Below are positions 46,180 to 58,615 of a stretch of 64,000 bases of DNA, piece after piece (position 1 is the stretch's first letter; each line of letters begins with the position of its first letter). The position numbers were made by a program, and so were the translations under genes. Source of the stretch: Dictyostelium discoideum (Eukaryota). The notes beneath the pieces were generated by a model. The model did no database searches. It was not told where the DNA came from and saw nothing but the letters and a program-made list of their open reading frames with translations. The stretch spans positions 3,712,001 through 3,776,000 of the forward strand of contig CM000154.2 in NCBI GenBank assembly GCA_000004695.1. Reading direction: 5' to 3'.

Positions 46180-48319
46180 TATAAAATCCACTCAAAGCTA
46201 ATAAACAATAGAATAATCCCAATACTAACGAAAGTGATCAACCACAATCAAAAAGGTTTCGTACCAGGCAGATTCATTCTAGATAATATCATATCAATGA
46301 ACGAATTAATCAATAAAAGAATTGATAAAAGAATTAACGGAATAATTACACTATATGATTTCGAAAAAGCTTTTGACTCGATCTCACACGGTTCAATACT
46401 TAGATCACTACAACACATCAACATTCCAACCAATATAATCAACCTGATAATGAATCTACTCACCAAATCTGAAGCAAGAATTGAAATTAATGGTAGAACT
46501 ACTATACCCTTTGAGATCAAAAGAGGAGTTAAACAAGGAGATCCACTATCACCCACCCTGTTCGTCCTTGTAATAGAGGCTTTAGCTAGAAAAATTTTAC
46601 AAGATGACCGAATTACTGGCCTTCCTCTAAACAACAGCAACCACAGAGAGAAATTCCAAAGCTTTGCAGACGACTCGGCTTCAATGGTCCCAGACTCTCA
46701 ACAACTTGAATTAGTACTACAACACTTCAATTCATTTTGCAAAGCCACTTCCTCAAAACTAAACATCGACAAATCTTCATCAATTCTTATATGCAACCCA
46801 GACAATACCAACCAAAGAATTCCAATATCTACAAATCCAGAAAGATACTTGGGATACTTCTTCACAGGCAAAGGGATAACAAGAAAAATGCCAGAAATAT
46901 TAAACACAATAAGATCATCCTTAGTACTATGGAAAACCACTGACTCAACAATCAAAACCAAAACCAACATCCTCAAAGCATTCGCACTCTCTAAATTAAC
47001 CTACTATTCATATGTAGAGAACTTTAAGAAAGAGGAATTAAACCAAATCAATAAATTAGTCGAATGGTTTTTATCGGCACCAAACAACAAAAATGCTAGT
47101 GGATTTCAAGTTATTAATTTAATGAGAACCAAAAGAGCAAGATACCCACTAAAAGTAGGGGGTTGGAACATTTGGAATATAGAATTGAGACAACTGGCGC
47201 AGAAACTTTGGATCATAAACCAGTTCATCCTAGCACTAGAAACCAAACAAACAAACTCATCGCATCACAAAAGCTGGGAATATCAGATCCAAAAAAACAA
47301 ATTCACATCCAGATACCTAAAAGAAAACTTAGACGAATGGAACAAAATAAGAATAAAAAAAGCAATCTTCAACAATAATCTCACATCCATAAAAAACGAA
47401 AATGGACAACCACTTTCACTGGCAGAATGGTATACCACAATTCAAGACCAAAATCCAACCATCCCTAAAACGGAATTCCAATCATCTCTAAACTTAAGAG
47501 GCTACAGCTATAATCAACTCTTCAACAACATACTGAAGATAAAAGACCCTAAAACAAGAGACACAATGTTTAGATTCCATGCCAGATGCCTTCCAATAAA
47601 CTACCTTCACAACAAACAATGCCCACTCTGCAAAGAAGATATGAGCAAAGACCCATACGGTCACCTGTTCTTCTCATGCAAGAAAACAAAACAATTCATC
47701 TATATTACCACAGGCAAAGGTAAAAACTGGCACCATACAAGAATTAGGCAAAATAACAATTTCATTAATAGAATAACTCCAAAATTGTCACCGACAGCCA
47801 AAAAAGATCAAGAAGTGAATGCAGATTACGCCAACCACAGATTCCACAAAGAATACTTTGAATGGAACTATAAAGCAATAGACTATGATCTAACCAGATC
47901 ATTCGCATATAGAAACCTAATGGCCCTTATCCTCCACAACATTTGGATTTGGATTTGCAATCAAATATACAGTGAAGATCCTTTAACAGATGAATCACTA
48001 TCATACAGCTCCCTTCTAAAGAAATGGCACAAATTGGCCCCTTTAGAATACATCAAAAAAGCAAAAGATCTGAAAAACTTATCAGCAAAAGACCATAATA
48101 ACTTCAAAGATCCTAAGATCCTTCTCACTTCAACGATCAAGGTAAGAAAAACAACAGCTAATTACTATTGTATTCCAGAATCATTTTTCCCAAATATTAT
48201 ATCTTTTGATCAATTCATATGATTAAAATAACCCTTCAGCTAAATGATAAGCCTTTAAATAAATATTAAATAAAACTCGTATTTACACAGATGGGCATAT
48301 ATCAATTTTGTTTATCCCA

Positions 48320-48356
<37 letters not shown>
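46180..48356 (+). mobile_element. 5'-truncated non-LTR (TRE-type LINE) retrotransposon copy: RT domain to 3' end
   Basis: An open frame enters from the gap: YKIHSKLINNRIIPILTKVINHNQKGFVPGR is RT motif 0/1, LYDFEKAFDSISH is motif A, KRGVKQGDPLSPTLF is motif B and FADDSASM is motif C. The C-terminal knuckle is CPLCKEDMSKDPYGHLFFSC. Stop is at 48222, followed by a 3'UTR and an A32 tail at 48325-48356. The track's GTG start at 46234 is not a real start. Confidence 0.8.
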
Positions 48357-48360
<4 letters not shown>

Positions 48361-49701
48361 GGATGTCATTTGAGCAATATCACAAACAAATTTTTTTTTT
48401 TTTTTAAAATTTTTTTTTTTTTTTTTTCCAAAGAAGGAATTTCAATAGACACAATTAAAAATTATATTTACAGTTAAAACATTCTTCAAATATACAAAAG
48501 GTAATGTTTAGATTTTCCGCCATAAGTTTAATATTAAATTAATTAAAAAAAACCTAAACTGGATATATTTAATACAAACATATTTAAATGGTGTTAGTTT
48601 TAAAAATTCAAGAAGTAGCTTTTCTTTGGTTCCTTGTTCAACTGTTTCAAAGGGTCCAATTTTGGTTGTTTCTAATAATTAAAAAATTGAAAATAAAATA
48701 AAAAAATTAATTTCACAACCACTCAAAGGAATTGAATATATATTTATTTTTAGATTTTAATTATTTGTGAGATCTAAACCTCTGTGTCATGGCAATTTTA
48801 TCACATATTAATTGTAGACCACCCGAGATTAATATTTAAATTAACATGCTGGTCCAAACTGAGAAGTATGATTTGTTAACGCCATTATGTTTCTTCATGA
48901 GAAGGATCTGAATGGGTAAAAATTTACACATTTATATCCCCATTCAAAGTATTCTATGAGGAATCTAAGATTTGGGTAGTCAATGTTGAACCTCATGACC
49001 TTTTTACATATTTGGTGGAGTTATTGGCATAATTCTGTTACATTGAGTAGGAAGTTTTTTAATTAGATAGGTTGTTAAATTCTCCTTATGAAACTTGATC
49101 TCATTTTATAATAATTTACATGGCCTCTAAATGAAAGATAGGTTGGAATTTGTTAAAGGTTTTTTTTTTCACTAAAAAAAGAAATTAATATATTTAATAA
49201 TTATTAATAAAATTTGGCAAATTGAAAAGCTGACAGTGAATATAGTTTTTATTATCTTAATAATTATTTATTATTTTTTATATAATTTTATTTTATAAAA
49301 TTTATATGGTATATATTTATTAATTTTTAACTTTATTTATTTATTTATTTATTTATACAATTTGTTAATTAGCGTTTGTAAATTTGTAATTTGAAAATTG
49401 AGTTTTTAGGAATACAGAGTTTCTGACTATTGATATTAATAACTTGTAGATTATTAAAATGGTTATTTTCCGAGATGAAAATTGGGTAAGATATTTGGAA
49501 ATTGTTGATGTTTAATAATTAAATTATCTTGTTCAATCCTAAAAAATTCTTATTTTTAATATTTAATGTTCTGGAACCAAACTAAAGTAAATATAACGAA
49601 AGTGGTCAAATGTAATGTTTATTTCTTAATTTTGGAATTTAAATTCTCTTAATATTTATAAATTTATTTATTTTTAATACCTTTTTAGGCATATAATTTC
49701 T

Positions 49702-49790
49702 TTTATATTTTTAATTCGAGGACTTATACATCTAGAAGACTGAAGTTGAAACTGAGAATCGAACTCACGACCTTAAAATTGCGATTATCT
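49702..49790 (-). repeat. ~90-bp dispersed repeat R (copy 2) with B-box-like motif, ending 29 bp upstream of tRNA-Val
   Basis: On the minus strand it reads ATAATCGCAATTTTAAGGTCGTGAGTTCGATTCTCAGTTTCAACTTCAGTCTTCT...AGTCCTCGAATTAAAAATATAAA. Flanks are unrelated to copy 1. Confidence 0.6.
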
Positions 49791-49818
49791 CAAACCATCA
49801 AAATTTATTGTTTCACAT

Positions 49819-49892
49819 GGTCGGATGGTGTAGTCGGTTATCACGGTTGCTTTACACGCAACAGGTCTCGAGTTCGATCCTCGGTCGGATCA
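49819..49892 (+). tRNA. tRNA-Val (anticodon UAC)
   Basis: GGTCGGATGGTGTAGTCGGTTATCACGGTTGCTTTACACGCAACAGGTCTCGAGTTCGATCCTCGGTCGGATCA. The A box is TGGTGTAGTCGG. The anticodon stem GTTGC/GCAAC flanks the loop TTTACAC, giving anticodon TAC. The T arm is TCGAG-TTCGATC-CTCGG, containing the B box. It is collinear with eukaryotic tRNA-Val at about 80% identity. One G-G mismatch at positions 5-68 and one G-U pair occur in the acceptor stem. Confidence 0.8.
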
Positions 49893-50090
49893 TATCTTTT
49901 AGTTTTTTAATCTTTTTTGCTAAAAAAAAAAAAAAAAAAATAAAAAACCGAAAAAACAAAGAAATAAACGAGAATTTATACATATAATAAATAAATCACT
50001 GTTATATCTTCACCGCCACATTCATTCCTCTTAATTTTACCCTTTTTTGCTCAATAAAGCAAGGGCTATCGTCCTATATACTTTTCAACA

Positions 50091-51299
50091 ATGGCTGATG
50101 ATCACTCAACTGAATTACAGTTAAATCATACAGATAACAACACAACCAATACAAATAATACCTCCACAACCTCAACAACAAAAAACAAAAGTGCAAAAAT
50201 CGACACACCTAAAAAACAAACCCCAACAAACCAACTCTCACTAAACAAAGGACTTGATAATCAATTAGATATCATTGCACCTCCATCAATCACAAGACCA
50301 CTCTCTTTCTTAGAAAAAAACAATAACACCATCAACATTAAGTGTTACTTTAATCAACCACACATCCGTGAAGAATTAACCTCAAAAGATGACACAAGAA
50401 TTCAACAAATTCACAAAAACATTCACAAACTCTTCGAAGATATACTGTCGCCATCAGCATTCAAAATAATTGGTGCAACTGCCTTCGTAAATTGCAACGT
50501 TGATAAATTAACTTCAATAATCAACCTTCAAAACCAACTTGCACTAAATATCGACAAACTCAACTATAGATTCGATATATCATCAAATGATTATGCAATC
50601 ATTAAAACATTCATTAAAACGTACTCACCCAAACATGCAAACGATGCAATTACAAACAACCTCACTAAATTCACCAGTTGTACATCAATTGAATCATTTA
50701 CTGTCACATACTCATATGCTGTTGCGTTTAAAAGCTACATTATAACATATCATCTAATTGATCACACACACAACATTGTTGATCAAAAGATCGAACAACC
50801 ATCTGGTATCACAAGATATATCAAAGCTGCAACACGTAGTGTCACTAAACACAAAATTCAACATGCAAAAAATGCAGATATGGCAACAACTATAAAAAAT
50901 GCCATCACAAACCCAAACATGAACAAAAACAATCAACCACCAAAAAACAACATTAAAACCCCACCAATCAACGAAATTGCAAATTCCAATCGCAATAATA
51001 ACTCACTTCAAAATAGTGGTTCAAAAGCTATACTAAATGAATCACTTGATATTAACAATCAATCCCAAAACAATAATGAAATTTCACACAAAAGTGATTC
51101 TTCAAATAATAATAACGGGAAAAACTCATTATCAATGAGCAATCCAACCGATCCAACAATTGTACCACAAAAACCTCTACAATCTCAACCAAACAAACCA
51201 AGTGCACCAACTCCAAATCCAATAAATACAAGAAGAAGCAGCAATGCCCTGACTACACAACCAGTCAATACTGGTGCTGCCAAACCTAGTAAGGTATGA
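50091..51299 (+). CDS. retrotransposon ORF1 protein (Gag-like), 402 aa
   Basis: The reading frame is continuous, with Thr/Asn/Pro-rich N- and C-terminal parts. It is immediately followed by ORF2 with a 4-nt overlap. Confidence 0.7.
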   Translation: MADDHSTELQLNHTDNNTTNTNNTSTTSTTKNKSAKIDTPKKQTPTNQLSLNKGLDNQLDIIAPPSITRPLSFLEKNNNTINIKCYFNQPHIREELTSKDDTRIQQIHKNIHKLFEDILSPSAFKIIGATAFVNCNVDKLTSIINLQNQLALNIDKLNYRFDISSNDYAIIKTFIKTYSPKHANDAITNNLTKFTSCTSIESFTVTYSYAVAFKSYIITYHLIDHTHNIVDQKIEQPSGITRYIKAATRSVTKHKIQHAKNADMATTIKNAITNPNMNKNNQPPKNNIKTPPINEIANSNRNNNSLQNSGSKAILNESLDINNQSQNNNEISHKSDSSNNNNGKNSLSMSNPTDPTIVPQKPLQSQPNKPSAPTPNPINTRRSSNALTTQPVNTGAAKPSKV

Positions 51300-53595
51300 G
51301 CTCAAAAATCAACTTTATAACTTGGAATTGTAGAGGATTCACTGAAAACCCAAACAATCAACACAATTCCTACCAAAAAGCTGTTGACACACCCCAACTA
51401 CTTATATCAAAACTTCCACCTCGTCCAACAATCTCAATACTCACTGAACTCAATTCATCACCATTACAAATTAAACATGATTTTCCCGATCACATCATCT
51501 CTGTCACCAAACGAGGAAATGGTGTAATCATCATTAACCATAACCCAAACACACTCAAACTCAAACACATATCAACAATTGATGGTAGAGCTATTTTANN
51601 NNNNNNNNNNNNNNNNNNNNNNNNNNNNNNNNNNNNNNNNNNNNNNNNNNNNNNNNNNNNNNNNNNNNNNNNNNNNNNNNNNNNNNNNNNNNNNNNNNTC
51701 AGCCACTTTATTTGTAATTGTAATTGAAATATTAGCAAGAACAATAAATGCAGACAATTCAATAATTGGATTACCAATTTCACCCAATCCACAAATTAAA
51801 ATCAAAATTTACCCAATTTGCAGACGACTCTACAACATACAACATCAACTACGAACAACAACAACAATCAATCAAACATTTCGATAATTTCTGTGCTTCA
51901 ACATCATCATCTTTAAATTTTGACAAAAGTGCAATAATAGAAATCAACCCCCACAAAATCACTGATAAACACATAATAAACAACATTCCACAATCAAAAA
52001 GAATTCCAATAACCAAAAAAGATCAATCAGAAAGAGTTCTTGGCTATTTCTTTAATCATAATGGTTTACATAGGAAATTACCAGAAACAATGAAAACACT
52101 GTTTAAATCATTAGTGCTATGGAAAACTAGTGGTACAACATTAAAAACAAAAACAACCATCATAAACACCTACTCACTATCACCAATAACATATTTATCA
52201 TACCTTGAAGAATTTACAAAAGATGAAGAAATTCAAATTAATAAATTAATCTCATGGTTTATGAATTCTCCCGCAAATTCTGAATCACCAACTCTCAATA
52301 CCAATTCCATTGAAAACAACACATCAACCATCCATTCACGTGCAAAAATACCTTTGATGTGTTATGATAGATCATTAAAACCATTAAAAGAAGGTGGTTG
52401 GGGTATGTGGAATATACAATTACGTCAAGTTGCTCAAAAGATTTGGATATACAACAGATTCTTACAAATGCATAAATCTGCAAACAATTCAATATACATG
52501 ATAAGTTGGATGGATCAAATCATCAACAAATCAATCTCTTCTCCATACCTTATAAAAATAAAAAAAGAATGGGAAAACTATGCAACTCAAATTGGACATC
52601 TAAAAGATAAAGTTCAAATCCTACAACCAATATTAACAAAAAACCAACCCTCTCAAACATTAAACACAAATAATATTTCACTACCACCAACACTCAAAGA
52701 AATCTACTCGACAATACTAAACAATCACCAATGCAAATCAAAAGACTATATTGGCAAGAAATATTCAGATCTACTTCTTACTTCGCACCAACAATCAATA
52801 CAACTATTATGGAAATACACATACGACCAACTTTTTGTCAAAATTCAAAAATTAAAAGATCCAAAAGGCCGAGATACAATGCAAAGATTCCATGCTAGAT
52901 GTCTTCCGATTAATCATCTACACAACAAAGTTTGCCCCATTTGCAACAATGAAATGAATAATGATCCCTATGGTCATTTGTTTTTCAATTGTCAGCACAC
53001 AATCAACTTCATTAACCACGACAAATTAAAATATTTTATATATAAAAATTGCAATGGAAACAAAAACTGGTCACTAACAAAAAACCAAACAACAAAATTA
53101 TACACACTCATCTATAAACCACAAACAAACAACAAAGCATTTAAACCAGATCCAACTATCAATATTAATTTTCATTTTGCAGAAAACGCACAATATAAAA
53201 AATACAGGTTCAACTGGAATTATATAAACACAAATCTTGATCTAGTCAGAACACATGCATATTGGAACATAATCTCATTAGTTATTCACCAAATATGGAT
53301 ATGGTTATGCAAATCATTATTTGACATCAATATAACTCAATCAATTGATAATTGGAACAACCAAATAAACAACACAACACTAGATTATGATATATTAAAA
53401 TCAAAATGGCACAAGCTAATAAGATTGGAATATTCAAGAACTTTATCAAACTTTAACCAATACTCAATTAAAAACAACCTCACAAAAACTAAAAAAGAAA
53501 CCCAATGGTCCGAAACCATCAAAAAATTTAAAAAAGAATGGAGCATAAACACAAATGAACCAATTCCAACAATTACACCACCAATTAATTATTAA
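51296..53595 (+). CDS. retrotransposon ORF2: apurinic-endonuclease-like domain + reverse transcriptase + C-terminal Cys-His knuckle (interrupted by assembly gap)
   Basis: The N-terminus KINFITWNCRGF is the APE/EEP nuclease start. After the gap, RT motif C is FADDSTTY. The C-terminal knuckle CPICNNEMNNDPYGHLFFNC is collinear with the 46180..48222 copy. Confidence 0.8.
51599..51698. other. assembly gap (N run)
   Basis: 100 N inside ORF2. Confidence 0.99.
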
Positions 53596-54462
53596 TTACC
53601 TAATCTAAAATATAATACTATTTTAAATTCACAAAAACTAAAAAACCTAAAATAAATAAATAAAAATAACATACTAATTGTATACTACAATAGTTTATTT
53701 ATATCAAAAAAAAAAAAAAATTTTTGCTAAATCTACCTTATTATAGTTCTTGCTACCGATTCATGCAAGTTTCACTAATTTTGCATGTCATTCAAGCATG
53801 TATCATTACAAAACATTATTTTTTATTTTTTTTAATTTTTTTTTACAATCCAAAACACATAATTTTTTATTTTTAACAAATAATAACAAAGAAAAAAAAA
53901 AAATGACGTCACCCCCATACAAATCCAATACACCTTTTTCGACACCTAAATTTTAATTATTCACATTTATTATTTATAAAAAATAGTTTAATAAAAAAAA
54001 AAAAAAAAAGAAAGATAATATTAGGAAATAAAAAAAAAAAGATTATATTAATTATTAAATTTTATTTACCAAGAAAATGATTTTTTTTTTTTATGTCCTT
54101 TCATAAATTATTTTTTAAATTTTCAGACTTTTTAATTTTTCGTTTTTAAAATTTATTTTATTTTTTTTGTAGATATTTAATTTCTTGTGTTTATTCAAAA
54201 TGTCATTGTTGCTAATTTAATAATTTTATTTTGATATTTTTGTTTTTTTAAATTTTTAAACACAACAAAAAGCATCAAAACTCAAAAATGTTCATGATCA
54301 AAATAAAATTCTCTGAAAAATGTTTGATTTGTTTTTTTATTTTTTTTTATTTTTTTTTTTTTTAAAAAAAAAAATATCGGTTATAAAAAAAAAAAAAAAA
54401 AAAGTTATTTTTGAAAAAGATAAAAATAAAAAGTTTTATTTCTCTTTTCTTTTTATAAAAAA

Positions 54463-55577
54463 ATGGATGAGAGACATACATTAAATGTTCAAATAATTGA
54501 AAATGGTGTTGATGGTAGATGGTAAGAAAAATCAAAAAAATTTGGATAAAATCTTTAAATTATATTTTTTAATCATTTTTTAATCATTTTTTTTTTTTCT
54601 TTTTTTTTTTTTAATAAAAGGGATAAAAAATTCATTATAATTGAAGGATCTGAAATTAGAGTAAAAGAAAATAGAGATAGTTTAATGATTTCTTTTTCAA
54701 TAAAATTAAATCATGTGGAAGTTTTACCAAATTATGGTGAAAGTTATGTTACAGTTACATCTGAAGAGAATAGTGGTGGTGGTGATGTAGAAATGCAAAC
54801 CAAAAGTAATACAGTTATAAGATTAAAACCATTATTTTCGCCAACTCCAATTATATATGCATTTGAATTAAAATCTCAAACTGAATATGATCGTTGGGTT
54901 TCATTTATTCAAAATAGTAAAATAATACAAGAACCAAAGGAAGAAGAAGAAATTAATTATAAATCTCCTTCATCTTATAATGAAGAACCAAAATCTTACA
55001 ATACTCATCATGGTGGTAAAGGATGGAGACACACTTTAAAAAAAATTGCTCAAAAAACTGGATTAGTATTAGGATTTTTAGTTTATACAGTTTTATTAGC
55101 TGCATTATTTGGAGCAATGTGGATTTATTATGTTGGTCCAATTGTAACGATTGATGAAATGGAAACAACATGTTATATTAATTCTAGTGAGTAATGTATC
55201 AAAAAAAAAAAAAAAATTATTTTATTTTATTTATTTTATACTAATAATTATTTTTATTTATTAATAAAAAAAATAGATGGGGATATATAACCAAAGGATA
55301 TTATAGTGTTGATTTTAATGTTACATATCAAATTGAATCTGGTGAAATATTAAATAATATGATGATTCAATATTGTAAAGGTTTTTTATGTACAGTTGGA
55401 TTGGATGCCCAATATCAAGTTTCAACAAATAATACATGTTATTATGATAATAAGGATACAAATTATGTTTACTTTTTCTTATATCCAATGATTGATTATA
55501 GATTAACAATTACATTTGGTATATGTGGTTCATTATTTGGAGTTTGGATAATTTTCTTAATTATTGTGTATGTGTAA
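54463..55577 (+). CDS. hypothetical small membrane protein (two predicted TM helices), 3 exons, about 309 aa
   Basis: Exons 54463..54521, 54621..55190, 55277..55577, with donors GTAAGA and GTAATG and consistent phases. Exon 1 is MDERHTLNVQIIENGVDGR. TM 1 is LVLGFLVYTVLLAALFGAMWIYYVGPIV. The C-terminal TM is LTITFGICGSLFGVWIIFLIIVYV. No domain was recognised. Confidence 0.5.
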
Positions 55578-55705
55578 ATCATTAAATGTATTATTTATTT
55601 ATTTAAAATCATACTAATATTATATATTTAATTTTTAGAATTTATGTACTTTATAAACATTTTAATAAAAAATAAATTAAAAATAAAAATAAATTTGGAA
55701 TATCA

Positions 55706-55736
<31 letters not shown>

Positions 55737-56536
55737 CATTTTTGTTTTTAAAAATAAAATTTTTTAACTCTCAAAGAAGTTATAATTTTTTTATTTTTAA
55801 TTTTAATTATTATTAAAAATTTTAAATTTGAATCCAATCATTTATTAATTTATAAAACTAAAAAAAAAAAAAAAAAAAATTAAAAACAAATTTTATAAAT
55901 AAATATATATCTAAAACATTTAATGTTGTATGTTTGGCCAAACATATAATTACCAATCCAATTGCACAAACCCATCAACTTGTAAAACAAAAAAAGTTTT
56001 TTCTATTTTGAAGATTCAAAATTACTATCAAAACTATCCTATTGAGAACTCAAATATTTAATTGCATTAACAGTCAAGATCCAGGAATTTCATTTGGTCA
56101 TTTCATTTCCAAATCAAATGAGAAAAAAATGATGTTTTCAGATAGTTACAAATTTCAACATATGCTCTTGCATTTCTTTCAACTCAACCTATTTTAATTA
56201 TAAAAATTATTTTAATTCTGTAGGAATGATAAATTGATATTTATATATATATATCTTATAGGTATACCCTCAGGCTTCCACAATTTGAAAATCTTCTTTT
56301 TTTCGAATGTTATTTCAATAAAAAAGGAAATTTTACCCTTTTTCAAAGATATTTTGTTTTTTTTTTTTTTTTTTTTAGTTAAAATAGTATACTAAATTAA
56401 ATTTATTAATTTAAAAACATTTTCTATGAACAATTGATGGATCAGATTAATCATATTCTTCTTTAGAAATCCACATTTGTTGGAAAGTTGAGAGTGGATT
56501 TCAAAAGAAGAATATGTTGAAATCTTATAGAACGTT

Positions 56537-56848
56537 ACGTTCTGGTGGAGCAATGATTTTAATTTTCATTGTTGATGGTGCTAAAGCAGTTAATTCTTTA
56601 TTCATACGATCTGCAATACCTGGGAACATAGTTGTACCACCTGATAAGACTACATTACCACATAAATCTTTACGAATATCAACATCACATTTCATGATTG
56701 AATTGTTGGTGGTTTCATGAATACCAGCTGATTCCATACCTAAGAATGATGGTTTAAAGAGAGCTTCTGGACAACGGAAACGTTCATTACCAATGGTGAT
56801 AACTTGACCATCTGGTAATTCATATGATTTCTCCAATGCTGATGATGA
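56537..56848 (-). pseudogene. actin pseudogene fragment (corresponds to actin residues ~233-337 only)
   Basis: [104 protein letters not shown] is about 96% identical to actin. Homology stops abruptly on both sides: the upstream is non-actin, and after APPER comes NVL* instead of KYSVWIGGS. Several non-conservative substitutions occur (Q to K, Y to N, Y to C). Confidence 0.8.
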
Positions 56849-57696
56849 ATTTAATAAATAATCATTTTTAAAAAAAAAAAATCTTTTTTTCATATAAAAT
56901 CTAAACCAAAAAAGTAATTTAAAGGAAAAAATTGGTTCTGATTTTTTTTTTTTTTTTTTTTTTTGCTTTTAATTTTTAATTAACAAAAAAAATAATTTTC
57001 TTTAAAAATAAAAAATAAAAAAAAAAAAAAAAAAAAAAAAAGATATAATCCCATATGAAACTACCTATTTTAATATTTTTTCTCAAATTTTCCAAAAAAA
57101 AAAAAATAAAAAAAAAAAAATTATTTAAAACTTGATAATATTCTTTTTCATCATAAAAAATGTTTAACACATAAAAATAAGTTTTTACATTGTGGTTACT
57201 TTTTTTTCGATAGACATTGTAGGTTTGGTGGCAAAAAAAAAAAAAAAAAAAAAAAAAAATTATTTTAAAATTATCAAAAATTAAAATAAAAATAAGGAAT
57301 TTGTAAATAGAAATACCCCATTTTGTTTTGAAAAATGATTTTTTTGTTGATGTAATTAAATTTAAGTTATTTTACAATCATTGTCAAAAACTGAAAATTT
57401 AATATGTGAAATATGAAAAAAAAAAAAAAATAAAATAAAATAAAATGGGGTTTACCATGAAATTTGTAAACATGTATTTTAATTATTTATTAAATTTAAC
57501 AAATAATTTTTTTTTTACAATAATGTAATATTATTATTATTATTTTTTTTTTTGTGAAGTATTTTTAAAATTTTTTATTTATTATTTTATTTTAATCATT
57601 ATATTATTAATTTTTTTTTTTTTTTTTTTTCTTAACATTTTACTATTGTTTTTTTTAACCAAACCTCCAAAAAAAAAAAAAAATATCGTTTAGGAA

Positions 57697-58580
57697 ATGA
57701 AAATTTTAATATTATCATTTTTCTTAATTTTAGGAATAAATTTAGTATTTTGTCAAAGTTCTATTTCTTTAAGTGCCACTATTTATGATCAAAGGTAAAT
57801 TTAATTTTTTTTTTTTTTTTTTTTTTTTATAAAACATTTAATTATTCTTTTTAAAAGTTTTTAATTTTAATTAATTTTATTTTATTTTACTAATATATTT
57901 TGAAAGTCCTGCACGTAATCGTATGTAATTTTTTTATTAGTTTTTTTATAAAACTTTTTTTTAAAAAACATATTTATTTTTAAAATTAAATAATAATAAT
58001 AATAAAAATAATAATAAAATTAATAATATTTAAAATTTTAATAATAATAGCTGATTTCGAAATACCAAATGCTCCAAATGCTGTAGTTAAGAATATGGTT
58101 CTAAGTACTTTAGGTGCTGATAAAACTCCAACCTATTGTTGTGGTGATAATGGTGTTTATTATAATGGTCAATTTGATATTCATAGCCAATCCACATTTG
58201 ATTCCTGGTTCCATGAAATTGAAGGTATCAGTTATGCCGTTCCATACGAATTAGTTTTAATTGAATCGAAAGACGAACCAGGAATTTATGTATATACCTC
58301 TAGTTCTTTCTTCCCAATTGGTAATTAATTTAATTTATATTTTAAAATTTTTTTATTTAAATAATATTTTTTATTATTATTATTATTAATATTATTATTT
58401 TCCATATAATCCATAGATGGTAAAGGTTTTGATAATAAAACATTATACCCAGATGAAATCACCTATAATGGTCACAACTACCATTTTTGTATGAAAATTC
58501 ATAGTAGTTTTACCTATCATGGTGGTGAATATGTATGTATTTATATTTTTTAAAACCTTTTATTTTATTTTACTAAAAAC

Positions 58581-58615
<35 letters not shown>

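Larger units (their letters stand above)
49960..53722 (+). mobile_element. near full-length non-LTR retrotransposon (ORF1 + APE/RT ORF2), inferred to be a TRE3-type element, inserted ~100 bp downstream of tRNA-Val
   Basis: ORF1 is 50091..51299. ORF2 is 51296..53595, overlapping ORF1 by the ATGA pattern. The 3'UTR ends in an A15 tail at 53708-53722. The 5' boundary is approximate. Gap 51599-51698 lies inside ORF2. Confidence 0.8.

Noticed and set aside
46180-46247. Apparent N-terminal extension MWLITFVSIGIILLFISFEWIL of minus-strand ORF 44772-46247
   Set aside because: It is the antisense of the plus-strand RT motif-0 region on the other side of the gap, so it is not part of the minus-strand element.
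45262-47378. ORFs 45262-45522, 46248-46640, 46698-46976, 46737-46943 and 47163-47378
   Set aside because: Antisense or alternative-frame readings within the two retroelement ORF2 copies.
50754-52492. ORFs 50754-50936, 51490-51805 and 52295-52492
   Set aside because: Antisense readings within retroelement ORF1/ORF2, partly spanning the N gap.
54953-56720. ORFs 54953-55171, 55321-55509 and 56514-56720
   Set aside because: Antisense to the hypothetical membrane-protein gene or to the actin fragment.
58050-58052. Joining psi exon 1 directly to the acceptor at 58049-58050
   Set aside because: It gives an in-frame TGA. The 14-nt micro-exon at 57907-57920 resolves the frame and restores a conserved motif, so the gene is not called a pseudogene.
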